Below are positions 9,706 through 19,479 of a DNA stretch of 64,000 nucleotides, one piece after another. The stretch spans positions 3,500 to 67,499 of the forward strand of contig CAYYUZ010000003.1 in the NCBI GenBank assembly GCA_964475005.1, written 5' to 3'. Both the position numbers and the translations under genes were made by a program. This DNA is from an uncultured Spirochaetales bacterium (GTDB lineage Bacteria; Spirochaetota; Spirochaetia; JABEVK01). The notes below the pieces were generated by a model. That model had not been told where the DNA came from. It did not search any database and worked only from the letters and a program-made list of their open reading frames with translations. How positions within the stretch are numbered: position 1 is the stretch's first letter; each line of letters opens with the position of its first letter.

Positions 9706-9854
9706 AGGGGAAAGAAAATAGCATAGAGTCGGCACAGGGGGAAGGGCACGCCGTAGCGCTCGGCGAATTGACAAAAGAAAACTGGCGTGTTAGGAAACTG
9801 GCATCACCTTCTCGTGAAGGTTTGTTCTTTGCAAGGAAATTTTCCGCTGATTGA

Positions 9855-10030
9855 CGTGCAACGAGAGAGCGTAGGTTTTGCTGTCGCAAAACGTACCGCC
9901 GAAGGGGCAAGATGGGAGTGCGAGCCGGACTCCGATCGAAACTCTCAGGCAAAACGTATCGTGGCAAAGACAGCACCTCTGGACGTAAGGGAACAGAGAA
10001 AAGGGCAAGCCAACGGCTTGCCTTTTTTTA
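9855..10030 (+). ncRNA. Glycine riboswitch (gcvT leader) with terminator expression platform
   Basis: Conserved aptamer strings are readable: CGAGAGAG ... ACCGCCGAAGGGGCAAG ... ACUCUCAGGCAAAAC ... GGCAAAGACAG ... CUGGACGUAAGGGAACAGAG. These are immediately followed by the hairpin GGCAAGCC-AACG-GCTTGCC plus TTTTTTT (10003-10030), 45 nt upstream of gcvT. Confidence 0.65.
10003..10030 (+). terminator. Rho-independent terminator (riboswitch OFF-state)
   Basis: 8-bp GC-rich stem GGCAAGCC/GGCTTGCC, 4-nt loop, 7-T tract. Confidence 0.7.
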
Positions 10031-10074
10031 TTTCCTGAACAGGGTTCTCGGCAGCTTTTCGAACAGGAGCTGAT

Positions 10075-11184
10075 ATGAGCGATACCCTGAAACGAACCCG
10101 ACTCTACGACTGGCATGTGGCGCACGGGGGACGAATGGTCCCCTTCGCGGGCTGGGAAATGCCCGTGCGTTACGACGCCGGGTCCCTGGAAGAACACCGC
10201 GTGGTCCGCCGCTCGGCCGGGGTGTTCGATATTGACCACATGGGTCAGATCACGGTGGTTGGGCGCGACGCCGAGGCTTTCTTGAACCGCCTAGTGAGTT
10301 GGGATATTCGGTCCATCGTCCTCAATCATTCGCACTACGCGCTGATGTGTTACGACAACGGCGGCATCGTCGACGACGTGTTCATTTACCGCAAGACCCA
10401 CGGCTGGTTCGTGGTCGTCAACGCGTCCAACCTCGAAAAAGACCTTGCGTGGATGAACAGCCACAGCGCGGGATTCGAAGTGACGGTCACCAACGTGTCG
10501 GATCCAACCTACATGGTCGCGTTTCAGGGACCGAGCGCGCTGCCGCTTCTCCAAACCCTCGTGAAGCCCGATTTAGGGTCGCTGGACCGGTTTGCCGCCG
10601 TCGAAACCGAGGTTGCGGGCGTTGGGGCCTTTATTGGCCGGACCGGCTACACGGGCGAGGACGGCGTGGAACTCTTCTTTCCTGCGGAGGCGGCCCTGAC
10701 CGTTTGGGAAGCGTTGCTGGCGACCTCCAAGTCTGGTCACGAAGTTCAGCCCATCGGACTGGCAGCCCGCGACAGTCTGCGGTTTGAGCCAGGTTTTCCT
10801 CTCTACGGTCACGAAATCGACGCCGAAACCACGCCCCTGGAGGCCAATCTGGGTTGGGCCTGCGCCTTCGAAACCGATTTTATCGGTCGGGACGCGCTGG
10901 TCCGCCAGAAGGTTCAAGGACTGTCGAAGAAGCTTGTCGGGTTTGAACTCACCGAAAGCGGTGTACCAAGGCAAGGGTGCGTGGTGACCAACCAGGCCGG
11001 CGCCGCGGTTGGCCAGGTGGTCGAGGGCCTGTACGCCCCCACGGCGGACAAATACTGCGGCCACGCGTTTGTGGCCCCTGAATTCGCCGCTGTCGGCACC
11101 AAACTCTTGGTTGTGATTCGCGACAAACCCAAGACTGCAGTCGTTGTGAAACGACCGTTCTATCGACCCGCCTACCGATCCTAG
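10075..11184 (+). CDS. gcvT: Glycine cleavage system T protein (aminomethyltransferase)
   Basis: 369 aa; N-terminus RTRLYDWHVAHGGRMVPFAGWEMPVRY is typical GcvT; AGGAG RBS. Confidence 0.9.
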   Translation: MSDTLKRTRLYDWHVAHGGRMVPFAGWEMPVRYDAGSLEEHRVVRRSAGVFDIDHMGQITVVGRDAEAFLNRLVSWDIRSIVLNHSHYALMCYDNGGIVDDVFIYRKTHGWFVVVNASNLEKDLAWMNSHSAGFEVTVTNVSDPTYMVAFQGPSALPLLQTLVKPDLGSLDRFAAVETEVAGVGAFIGRTGYTGEDGVELFFPAEAALTVWEALLATSKSGHEVQPIGLAARDSLRFEPGFPLYGHEIDAETTPLEANLGWACAFETDFIGRDALVRQKVQGLSKKLVGFELTESGVPRQGCVVTNQAGAAVGQVVEGLYAPTADKYCGHAFVAPEFAAVGTKLLVVIRDKPKTAVVVKRPFYRPAYRS

Positions 11185-11205
11185 CCCCCAACCAAGGAGA
11201 ACCCC

Positions 11206-11583
11206 ATGAACATCGACAAGAGCGCGAAATACCTATCCAGCCACGAATGGGCCCGCCCGGAAGGACCCGTTTACGTTTTGGGAATCAGCGACCACGCCCA
11301 GGAGAGCCTAGGCGACGTGGTCTACGTCGAACTGCCAAAGGTTGGCAGCACTTTCAAGAAGGGAGAGGTCTTCGGCGTCGTCGAGTCCGTCAAAGCGGCT
11401 AGCGACCTTTTTTGCCCTCTGAGCGGCGAGGTTGTCGCCGTCAACGAGCACCTCGCCAAGAGCCCGGAATCGGTCAACCGCGACCCCTACGGCGAAGGCT
11501 GGATGGTCAAGATCCGAGCCACCGAGTCCGGTGACTGGGACACCTTGCTTTCAGCACAAGACTACCAGCGGACGGCCTCATGA
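11206..11583 (+). CDS. gcvH: Glycine cleavage system H protein (lipoyl carrier)
   Basis: 125 aa; lipoyl-lysine motif [10 protein letters not shown]; AAGGAG RBS. Confidence 0.9.
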   Translation: MNIDKSAKYLSSHEWARPEGPVYVLGISDHAQESLGDVVYVELPKVGSTFKKGEVFGVVESVKAASDLFCPLSGEVVAVNEHLAKSPESVNRDPYGEGWMVKIRATESGDWDTLLSAQDYQRTAS

Positions 11584-14396
11584 ACGACGCTTTCCTTCCC
11601 AGACACCTGGGCCCCAGTGAACCGGACCGGGCCACGATGCTCAGGGCGGTGAAGGCCTCCTCGCTCGACGCCTTGATCGACCAAACGATTCCGTCTGGAA
11701 TTCGGCTCAAGTCCCCGCTGAACCTTCCCGAACCCTTGGGCGAGGCGGAGTCACTGGCCGAACTCAAGGCCCTGGCCGGCCTCAACCAGGTATTCCGCTC
11801 GTTCCTGGGCCAGGGTTTCTACGACTGCCTCACACCGGCGGTTCTACAGCGCGGTCTTCTTGAGAATCCCGCTTGGTACACCCCCTACACGCCTTATCAG
11901 CCTGAAATCTCGCAAGGACGCCTGGAAGCCCTGATCAACTTTCAGACCATGGTGTGCGACTTGACGGGCATGGAGATCGCAGGAGCGTCGCTTCTCGACG
12001 AGGCCACGGCCGCGGCCGAAGCGATGACGTTATGCCTGCGTGTCCGGGACCGAAAGTCCACGGCCAACGTTTTCTTTGTGTCGGAGGATTGTCATCCCCA
12101 CGTGGTTTCGGTCGTTCAAACGCGGGCCGAGGCGTTGGGAGTCAGGGTCGTCCTGGGGAACCCAGAGACGTTCAGTTTCGAGGAACCAGCCTTCGGAGTT
12201 CTGGTTCCGTATCCGGACACCTTGGGCCGCATCCCCGACTACACGTCCTTGGTTGCACGCGCCCACGCAGCGGGCGCGCTTGCCGTGTTTTCGGCGGATC
12301 TTTTGGCTCTCACCCTTTTCAAGTCTCCGGGAGAGTTCGGCGCCGATGTCGTGGTCGGCAACAGCCAGCGTTTTGGAGTCCCACTTGGTTTTGGAGGACC
12401 TCACGCCGCGTTCCTGGCCACCCGTGAAGTGTTCAAGCGCGACCTCCCCGGCCGCTTGGTGGGGGTTTCGCGCGACACTTCGGGCCGCCCGGCTTACCGT
12501 TTGGCGTTGCAGACCCGCGAGCAGCACATCCGGCGCGAGCAGGCTACGAGCAATATCTGCACAGCGCAGGTGTTGCTGGCGGTGCTGGCTTCGATGTACG
12601 CCGTCTATCATGGCCCCGAAGGCCTCACGGCGATCGCCGCGCGGATCCGTCACCTCACCGGGACCTTGGCGGCCGCTTTGCGGGCGCTAGGCTACCAATG
12701 CGCTCCCCAGCCGTTCTTCGACACGTTGGTCATCACCGCTGGTCCTCTGAGCTCTGAAGAGATTATCAGGCGGGCCCAGAGTCGCCGCATCAACCTGCGC
12801 TTGCTTCCCGGTGGCGTGGGCTTGAGTCTCGACGAAGCAACAACGACCCGGGACTTGCGGTCCCTTATCGAAGTTTTTGGAGGAGAGGACGAGCCCGATT
12901 TCACCGCTCTTGTTCAGGCGCTGCCCCAAATCCCCGAACCCCTTCGACGGTCGACGCCTTTTTTGACCCATCCGGTCTTCCACAGCCATCGAACCGAAAC
13001 CGAGATGATGCGTTACCTGCAGCGGCTGGCTTCGAAGGACCTTTCTCTGGTCCACTCGATGATTCCTCTCGGATCGTGCACCATGAAGCTCAACGCCGCG
13101 GTGGAAATGCTGCCCATCACATGGCCCGAATTCGCCAAGATTCACCCCCTGGTTCCGCTGGGCCAAGTCGAAGGCTACCTGAAGCTGTTCGAGCGGCTTG
13201 AGCGTTGGCTGGCGGAAATTACAGGGTTCGCGGCCGTCTCGCTACAACCCAATTCCGGAGCCCAGGGCGAGTACGCGGGTCTCTTGGCCATCCGAGCTTG
13301 GCATCGCTCGCGGGGAGAACCTGGGCGGCGCATCTGTTTGATCCCCAGCTCGGCGCACGGAACCAACCCGGCCAGCGCGGCGTTGGCCGGCATGCAGGTC
13401 GTTGTCGTGCGGTGCGACGAGTCGGGCAACATCGACACCCAAGACCTCCGCGCCAAGGCCAGTGAGCACAGCGCCGGTCTGGCCGCACTTATGGTGACCT
13501 ACCCCTCCACCCACGGCGTGTTTGAGGAGTCCATCGTGGACATCTGCCAGGTGATTCACCAAGCCGGTGGACAGGTCTATATGGATGGGGCCAACATGAA
13601 CGCCCAGGTGGGGCTGACCAGCCCTGGCTTCGTCGGCGCCGATGTCTGCCACCTCAACCTTCACAAGACCTTCTGCATACCCCACGGCGGCGGTGGTCCT
13701 GGCATGGGGCCGATCGGTGTGGCAAAACACTTGGTGCCGTTTCTGCCGCCTCGGCACGGCGTGGGCATGGTCTCGGCGTCGCCCTGGGGAAGCGCGGGCA
13801 TTCTTCCCATCCCCTACGCCTACATCGCAATGATGGGTGCCGAAGGTTTGGCAGAAGCGAGCCGAATCGCCATCTTGAACGCCAACTACCTTGCCACGCG
13901 GCTCGACGGTTCCTTCCCCGTCCTCTACCGGGGAAAGAATGGCCGCGTTGCCCACGAATGCATCCTCGACCTGAGGCCCCTCAAACAGACTTCGGGCATC
14001 GAAGCCGAAGACGTGGCCAAGCGCCTGATGGATTATGGCTTTCACGCGCCCACAATGAGTTTTCCGGTTCCCGGCACCCTGATGATCGAACCCACCGAAA
14101 GCGAGTCGCTGGCCGAACTCGACAGGTTTTGCGACGCCATGATCGCCATCCGTGGTGAAATCCGTGAGGTGGAGGACGGGCGTGCCGACCGGCTCCGCAA
14201 TGTGCTTAAAGATTCGCCGTTCTGCGCCGAAGCCGCCACAGCCGACCTCTGGGACCGTCCGTACACGCGTCAGCAGGCGGTCTACCCTACAGAAGCGGTG
14301 AGAGGGGCCAAATTCTGGCCGGCCGTCGGACGGATCGAAAACGTGTGGGGCGACAGGAATCTTTTCTGTTCCTGTATCCCTGTCGCCGGTCCTTGA
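11580..14396 (+). CDS. gcvP: Glycine dehydrogenase (decarboxylating), single-chain P protein
   Basis: 938 aa; ATGA overlap with gcvH; PLP-lysine region [16 protein letters not shown]. Confidence 0.9.
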   Translation: MNDAFLPRHLGPSEPDRATMLRAVKASSLDALIDQTIPSGIRLKSPLNLPEPLGEAESLAELKALAGLNQVFRSFLGQGFYDCLTPAVLQRGLLENPAWYTPYTPYQPEISQGRLEALINFQTMVCDLTGMEIAGASLLDEATAAAEAMTLCLRVRDRKSTANVFFVSEDCHPHVVSVVQTRAEALGVRVVLGNPETFSFEEPAFGVLVPYPDTLGRIPDYTSLVARAHAAGALAVFSADLLALTLFKSPGEFGADVVVGNSQRFGVPLGFGGPHAAFLATREVFKRDLPGRLVGVSRDTSGRPAYRLALQTREQHIRREQATSNICTAQVLLAVLASMYAVYHGPEGLTAIAARIRHLTGTLAAALRALGYQCAPQPFFDTLVITAGPLSSEEIIRRAQSRRINLRLLPGGVGLSLDEATTTRDLRSLIEVFGGEDEPDFTALVQALPQIPEPLRRSTPFLTHPVFHSHRTETEMMRYLQRLASKDLSLVHSMIPLGSCTMKLNAAVEMLPITWPEFAKIHPLVPLGQVEGYLKLFERLERWLAEITGFAAVSLQPNSGAQGEYAGLLAIRAWHRSRGEPGRRICLIPSSAHGTNPASAALAGMQVVVVRCDESGNIDTQDLRAKASEHSAGLAALMVTYPSTHGVFEESIVDICQVIHQAGGQVYMDGANMNAQVGLTSPGFVGADVCHLNLHKTFCIPHGGGGPGMGPIGVAKHLVPFLPPRHGVGMVSASPWGSAGILPIPYAYIAMMGAEGLAEASRIAILNANYLATRLDGSFPVLYRGKNGRVAHECILDLRPLKQTSGIEAEDVAKRLMDYGFHAPTMSFPVPGTLMIEPTESESLAELDRFCDAMIAIRGEIREVEDGRADRLRNVLKDSPFCAEAATADLWDRPYTRQQAVYPTEAVRGAKFWPAVGRIENVWGDRNLFCSCIPVAGP

Positions 14397-14411
14397 CAAA
14401 AGGAAGCTTTA

Positions 14412-14443
14412 CGTTAACCATGATTCTTACTCCATGGTTAACC
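14412..14443. promoter_or_regulatory. Candidate BirA operator (bioO): cGTTAACC-N16-GGTTAACc palindrome overlapping birA start codon
   Basis: Perfect 8-bp inverted half-sites at 14412-14419 and 14436-14443. This resembles the TGTTAACC-N14-16-GGTTAACA class II BirA box (comparison from memory). The adjacent gene encodes a BirA with an N-terminal HTH. Confidence 0.5.
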
Positions 14444-15357
14444 AAGAGACTCTCAGCCTGTTGAACCAGCTCAAACAGACTCAAGGCAAGGTTTCGGGGG
14501 CGGTGCTGGCGCGCCAACTGGGGATAAGCCGCGTCGCCCTGTGGAAACGCGTCGAGGCGCTTAGGGCGGCGGGCTACAGCGTGGCCGCCGATCGAGGGGG
14601 CTATCAGCTTCTGCCCGGTGACAAACCCCTTCCCTGGGAGTTTCCCGGCGACGAGGGAACTCTGGTTCACTTTGAGACCCTCGGCTCCACCATGGATGAG
14701 GCCTTTCGGCTGGCGCAGCAAGGTGTGACCAGTGGCGCCGTGGTTGCCGAAAAACAAAGCGCCGGCCGGGGCCGGGGCGGCCGCGTCTGGGAGTCGTCGG
14801 GGGGGGACCTGTTGGTCACGTTGATCTTGCGCCCACCGCTGCCACTTTCGCTGATCGGCGCCTTGGGGCTCGAAGCGCTGGCGTCGCTAGCCGACACTTT
14901 GGCGTCGCTGTACGGGCTGATGCTGACGATCAAGTGGCCCAACGACCTGATGGCTGGCTCGCGCAAAGTGGCGGGGGTCTTGGTGGAGGCCTGCGGTCCG
15001 GCCGATCGTCCCCTTTTCTACACAGTGGGTCTGGGGCTCAACGTGCACGGGCTTCCCAGCCTCGACAGGCCTGTAGCGTCGATGGAGGCGCTCGGGCATC
15101 CGGAGGCGGACCGCAGAGCCATCCTCACCGACTGGCGCCGCCGTCTGCATGGCTGGACCGCCTCACCAGTCTTGTCGCCGGGCCGCTGGGCCGCCCTTGC
15201 GCCCCCCGTCTTCACGTCCGTAGAAACCTTCGACGGAAGGACAGCTTCAGGCTATTCCCAAGGATTCGACAAGTCTGGCAGCCTTCTGGTCGCGCAGGCT
15301 GATGAAATCATCCCCATCCGGTACGGCGAGTCCCGTACCCTAGGAGTCGCTCTGTGA
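14434..15357 (+). CDS. birA: Bifunctional biotin--[acetyl-CoA-carboxylase] ligase / biotin operon repressor
   Basis: N-terminal winged HTH (VSGAVLARQLGISRVALWKRVEALR) plus BPL catalytic motif GRGRGGRVWES. Confidence 0.7.
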   Translation: MVNQETLSLLNQLKQTQGKVSGAVLARQLGISRVALWKRVEALRAAGYSVAADRGGYQLLPGDKPLPWEFPGDEGTLVHFETLGSTMDEAFRLAQQGVTSGAVVAEKQSAGRGRGGRVWESSGGDLLVTLILRPPLPLSLIGALGLEALASLADTLASLYGLMLTIKWPNDLMAGSRKVAGVLVEACGPADRPLFYTVGLGLNVHGLPSLDRPVASMEALGHPEADRRAILTDWRRRLHGWTASPVLSPGRWAALAPPVFTSVETFDGRTASGYSQGFDKSGSLLVAQADEIIPIRYGESRTLGVAL

Positions 15358-15938
15358 AAGCTCTACCTCAAATGGTTCTGGCCGCTCTGTTCACAGGCCT
15401 GATGATCGGCGGCGCGCTGATCACCATCCCGTTCCCGCAGGTTCCCCTGGTCGTCGCCAACGCGTTTCCTTGGTTGGCCGGATTGATCCTAGGACCATGG
15501 TGGGCGGCCGTATCCACGGCTCTATACCTACTTTTGGGCGCTTTCGGCCTGCCGGTTTTTGCCAAAGGTGCGGCCGGTGTCGGTGTCTTGCTCGGAAACA
15601 CGGGAGGCTTTCTGTTTGGTTACCTTCTTTCAGCGATCGCGGTGGGACTCCTGCGCGATCCTCGCGGGCAGAGTGTCGTGCGAAACGCCCTTGCCGTCCT
15701 GGCGGGGCTGATTATCGTCTATCTTGCGGGAATTCCGTGGTTGGCCTTTGTCGCCTTTCACGGCCCCTCGGGCTTTGAGGCCTCCCACCTCGTGCAGGCC
15801 CTCTTTTGGGCCACGGGTCCGGCGGCGGTTCCGTTCCTGTTCGTGGTTGGTGACCTGATCAAGGCGGTGGGAGTAGTGGCTGTGGCCGGCGTTCTGGTGC
15901 GTCTGCCGGGTGTCAGTCCGCTGCTGAAGGTGAAGTGA
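15354..15938 (+). CDS. bioY: Biotin ECF transporter S component
   Basis: 194 aa, 5-6 TM helices, BioY-like N-terminus; GTGA overlap with birA. Confidence 0.7.
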   Translation: MKALPQMVLAALFTGLMIGGALITIPFPQVPLVVANAFPWLAGLILGPWWAAVSTALYLLLGAFGLPVFAKGAAGVGVLLGNTGGFLFGYLLSAIAVGLLRDPRGQSVVRNALAVLAGLIIVYLAGIPWLAFVAFHGPSGFEASHLVQALFWATGPAAVPFLFVVGDLIKAVGVVAVAGVLVRLPGVSPLLKVK

Positions 15939-16702
15939 ACTCCGAAATTTCCAGGGGAGTTTTGGCGGTCGAAGGCCTGGGACACCGGTTTCTCGACGGT
16001 GTCTGGGGTCTCGAAGACGTGAGTCTGACCTTCCCCCCAGGCGAGTTCACAGTGATCGCCGGGCCCAACGGCGCTGGAAAGACCCTTCTGATGCGTCATC
16101 TGGTAGGCCTTGCCGAACCAACCGTCGGCAGGGTGACCCTCGATGGCGTCGACATTGGGCAACAACTGCCCCAGGTGCGCAGGCGGATCGGTCTTGTCTT
16201 CCAAGATTCCGGGGCGCAAATCGTCGGCCTCACGGTCGGCGAAGAGGTGGCCTTCGGCCCCCGCAACCTGGGTTGGAAGCCCCAAAAAGTCGAAACAGCG
16301 GTGGCCGAGGCGCTGGCGGCCGTCGGCCTGGAAGGACGAAGGTCGGAAATCTGTGCCCATCTGTCCGGCGGAGAAAAACGGCGCCTGACGATTGCCGGGG
16401 TCTTAGCCTGTGAACCCGAATTCCTTGTGCTGGACGAACCGTTTACAGGACTCGATTGGCCGGGCGTCCGGGCCGTTCTGTCCACCCTCGTGGCCTTGCA
16501 TCAGAAGGGAAAGTCTATCTTGCTGCTGACCCACGAGCTCGACAAGTGCTTGGCCCACGCCGGCCGGTTGGTGTTGCTGGCCGAACGCAGGGTCTTGGCC
16601 GAGGGTACCCCGGCAGCACTTTGGGACGCCATTCTCGCCGCCAAAACTCACAGGCCGCCCGGCGGTCCCGAAAGGATCGCCCAGATGACGTGGCTGCTTT
16701 GA
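15935..16702 (+). CDS. ecfA: ECF transporter ATPase (A component)
   Basis: Walker A GPNGAGKT, signature LSGGEKRR, Walker B LVLDEP. Confidence 0.75.
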   Translation: MNSEISRGVLAVEGLGHRFLDGVWGLEDVSLTFPPGEFTVIAGPNGAGKTLLMRHLVGLAEPTVGRVTLDGVDIGQQLPQVRRRIGLVFQDSGAQIVGLTVGEEVAFGPRNLGWKPQKVETAVAEALAAVGLEGRRSEICAHLSGGEKRRLTIAGVLACEPEFLVLDEPFTGLDWPGVRAVLSTLVALHQKGKSILLLTHELDKCLAHAGRLVLLAERRVLAEGTPAALWDAILAAKTHRPPGGPERIAQMTWLL

Positions 16703-17436
16703 ACCCTGTTCCCCCCTTTCAATTTTCGGGCCGAAGTTCCCCGCTTCGCGCCTGGGACATCCGTTTTCGCCTTGGCGCCACCCTTCTGGTCAGCACAAGC
16801 CTTCTGGCCGCGCCGCCGGCCGCTCTTGGGCCCCTGGGGGCCGGAGTGCTCCTCCTTTTAAAACTGGCGGGCTCGACGTTGAAAGAGACCGCAAGGGTGG
16901 TCTGGGGTTTTGCTGGATTCGTTATTTTCTTTGTGGGACTGGGTTTGCTGTTCGAGCCGACCTGGACGCAAGCGGAATTCTTGGGAATCCAAGCAGCAAG
17001 GTTGACCCTGCTGCTGCTCGTCGGCCACGTGCTCTTTCTGGCCGCCACTCCCGCTGATGTTACAGAGGGAATTCGCTGGTGTTTGACCGGACTGGGACGC
17101 AGGCGGGCGTGGGGAGCGGCGAACATGGCGTCCTGGGCCTTGGCGTCGGTTCCTCTGATTCTTGACCAAGCCTCCACACTCACCGAGGCGGCCTTGCTAC
17201 GGGGCCATTCTGCGCGGCGTCACCCACTGCGCGCTGTCAAACTGCTAACCTTGGCGCTGCTGATCCGGACCGTCGGACGGAGCACAGACTTGACCGATGC
17301 CCTTCAAGCCCGAAGCTTTGGCTTGTCGGTTCCGCAATCGAACCTCAAGGCTGGGCTAAAGGACGGGCTTGCTTTTGGCGGCGCGGCGGCTTGGTGCGCG
17401 GCGTCGTGGGCCTTTGGGAGTATAGTGTCTCCATGA
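16699..17436 (+). CDS. ecfT: ECF transporter T (transmembrane) component
   Basis: The frame of ORF 16456..17436 carries a CbiQ/EcfT-like membrane protein. It was trimmed to the TTG at 16699, which overlaps the ecfA stop (TTGA), because the upstream part overlaps ecfA out of frame. Confidence 0.6.
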   Translation: MNPVPPFQFSGRSSPLRAWDIRFRLGATLLVSTSLLAAPPAALGPLGAGVLLLLKLAGSTLKETARVVWGFAGFVIFFVGLGLLFEPTWTQAEFLGIQAARLTLLLLVGHVLFLAATPADVTEGIRWCLTGLGRRRAWGAANMASWALASVPLILDQASTLTEAALLRGHSARRHPLRAVKLLTLALLIRTVGRSTDLTDALQARSFGLSVPQSNLKAGLKDGLAFGGAAAWCAASWAFGSIVSP

Positions 17437-18416
17437 GAGAATCGAGTCCTCGGCGCAATCCTTGGGGAACCCTCTTCCTGGTGGCCGCCGCCGTGGGAAC
17501 CGTGGCCGTCCACTGGCAGCCTTGGTGGCCTGCCGACGCCACACGCCTGTTTCGCGCGTTCTTCGAAGCCTCGCTCGTAGGGGCGCTGGCCGACTGGTTT
17601 GCCGTCACCGCGCTGTTCAAACGTCCCCTGGGGTTGCCTCTGCCGCATACCGACCTGCTGGTGCGAAAAAAGGACCAACTGGTCGAGGCCCTGCCCAGGT
17701 TCCTGGGCAGCTTCTTGGTGCCCGAACGCCTCAACCCGGTTCTCCTCAGTGTCGACTGGTCGGCGCTTGTGCTGGAGGAGCGGACCGCCGAGGCCCTCGA
17801 CGAACTAGCAGCCGAGGGGCTTCACTCGCTATGGACCGCGTCGGCCCGGCCGGAGTGGGAACAGAAGGCCATTACCGTAGCCGCTGATTTGTTCCACCGG
17901 GAGCTGAGCCTGCACAAAGACGCCTTGGTCGGTCCCATCACTGACATGATCAAGCGCCACGTCGGCTGGAGAGGCTTGTTTGTTCAGCGCCAGTCGATAG
18001 ACGAGGCCGTGGACGGGTTTCTAGAGGAACTCCGGGCTGTCCGCGACCGGCCGAATCACGCGATGCGGCGTTCGCTCGCTACGGCGTTTCACCAGTCCTG
18101 GCCCAGACTCGTCGAGCAGCTCAAGCCGTCCCGCTGGTCGGCGGCCACGCGCAAACGCCTCGAACTCGACCCCGCCTTCCGTCAGCAATTCAACCAGCGG
18201 GTGGGTGAGCTCGCGGTCAGTGTTTGGCAACGGAGCGCCGCTTCAACAGTGCTCACCAACGCGCTTTCCTATGTTCTGTCTCAGACCGATGCCAGGGGCC
18301 TGGCCGACCGCATCGAGGGCGCCGTCCGCAACGACCTTCAGTACATCCGGGTCAACGGAGCTTTGGTCGGCGGTCTGGCGGGACTGGCGCTCGAGCTGCT
18401 CAAAACCCTCGGGTGA
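17433..18416 (+). CDS. DUF445-like membrane-associated protein
   Basis: Start trimmed to MRESSP, which overlaps the ecfT stop (ATGA); two N-terminal TM helices followed by a long helical domain. Family assignment is tentative. Confidence 0.4.
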   Translation: MRESSPRRNPWGTLFLVAAAVGTVAVHWQPWWPADATRLFRAFFEASLVGALADWFAVTALFKRPLGLPLPHTDLLVRKKDQLVEALPRFLGSFLVPERLNPVLLSVDWSALVLEERTAEALDELAAEGLHSLWTASARPEWEQKAITVAADLFHRELSLHKDALVGPITDMIKRHVGWRGLFVQRQSIDEAVDGFLEELRAVRDRPNHAMRRSLATAFHQSWPRLVEQLKPSRWSAATRKRLELDPAFRQQFNQRVGELAVSVWQRSAASTVLTNALSYVLSQTDARGLADRIEGAVRNDLQYIRVNGALVGGLAGLALELLKTLG

Positions 18417-18492
18417 CCAGGCAGTTTCTTTGGGTTCCAAATAGCTTACACTGAATTGACAGGGCCCCTCGCGGGCCACCAAGGAGACTCCT

Positions 18493-19200
18493 ATGAAGAA
18501 GATGCTTTCGGTTGCCGTGCTCATCTGCGGAACCGCCGGGCTGTTTGCTGCCGACCTTTCGGTCGAGGCCCAATTCACGATCACCGGTGCCAACGCCACG
18601 AAGAGCTTTTTGACCGTCGTAGGTCCGACAGCTTCAGTCAACAAAGACAGCGTTGACCCCAAGAAAGTCGACGTTGTCGGCGCCGCCAGCTTGAAAAAGG
18701 GTACGGAAGTCTGGAACACCTACAGGGCCGACGCGGCTAAGTCCCCCACCCTCCCCTTTGGTTTTCAGAACCTCGTCAAGTACGGCGTTTCCAACGTCGC
18801 CCAGTTCAAGTCCGACGGTCTTTCTGTGGTCAAGGCCGCCGACGGCGTGATCACGATTCAATTCGTCCACCGCGGAACCGCGATGAAACTCGTGACCGAC
18901 GAGACCGGCAAGCTTGACGTGGTCACGGGAACCCAGCTGAAGCGGACGATCGGTTTCATCGAGGAAGGCAAGGAACAAGTGCTCAGCACCGAGTTTGCCC
19001 CCAGCGGAACGATCAAGGATGCAGATTTTGCGAAGATTTGGGACGCCAAGGTGCCCGGAGGGACGGTGGTCGGCAAGGCCAAAACCACCGCGCTGCTCCC
19101 CGATGTTTCGCCTTCCAAGACCCCTTACGTCGGCGTGGTGCAATTCACCTTGACCGGCGAGGTCCTCAACATCAAGGGCGATTTCACGGTCAAGAAGTAG
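18493..19200 (+). CDS. Secreted protein of unknown function
   Basis: 235 aa with a clear signal peptide (MKKMLSVAVLICGTAGLFAADLSVEAQ); GGAGAC RBS; no recognisable domain. Confidence 0.5.
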   Translation: MKKMLSVAVLICGTAGLFAADLSVEAQFTITGANATKSFLTVVGPTASVNKDSVDPKKVDVVGAASLKKGTEVWNTYRADAAKSPTLPFGFQNLVKYGVSNVAQFKSDGLSVVKAADGVITIQFVHRGTAMKLVTDETGKLDVVTGTQLKRTIGFIEEGKEQVLSTEFAPSGTIKDADFAKIWDAKVPGGTVVGKAKTTALLPDVSPSKTPYVGVVQFTLTGEVLNIKGDFTVKK

Positions 19201-19479
19201 ACCTTTCTAGAAATTTTCACAAGAGATAGCGGAAGAAGAATTTCTGCCGAGCGAAGCGATGGATACCCCACGACCCCGAACCCGCCGTCAAGCGAAGCGA
19301 TGGCCGCCAAACCGGCCCAAACCCGTCGCTGAGCGAAGCGAAAGCCGTGTAGAACGGGCGCCGGAGATCGTCGTTTTGGCGAAGTCGACGGAAAGCGAGG
19401 AGCGCAGTCGCACTGGAAGTGCGTCGAGCACCGGAGCCGACCGAGACAAAGCCAAAACGGCGAGGTCCAAGCCCTTGTT

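Noticed and set aside
9706-9774. Longer rnz start at 9774
   Set aside because: The extra 23 residues (MSIRRALRRALPPVPTLCYFLSP) precede the conserved MBL fold, and RNase Z proteins normally start at the beta-strand MxLxFLGTG. Internal Met chosen, with moderate confidence.
9787-10038. 83-aa plus-strand ORF in the gcvT leader
   Set aside because: It is co-extensive with the glycine riboswitch aptamer and terminator. It has no RBS and a Cys/Trp/Arg-rich composition atypical of proteins.
16456-17436. Full 326-aa ORF overlapping ecfA by about 250 nt
   Set aside because: The upstream 80 codons overlap ecfA out of frame and are Arg/Pro-rich. The membrane protein begins at the TTG that overlaps the ecfA stop.
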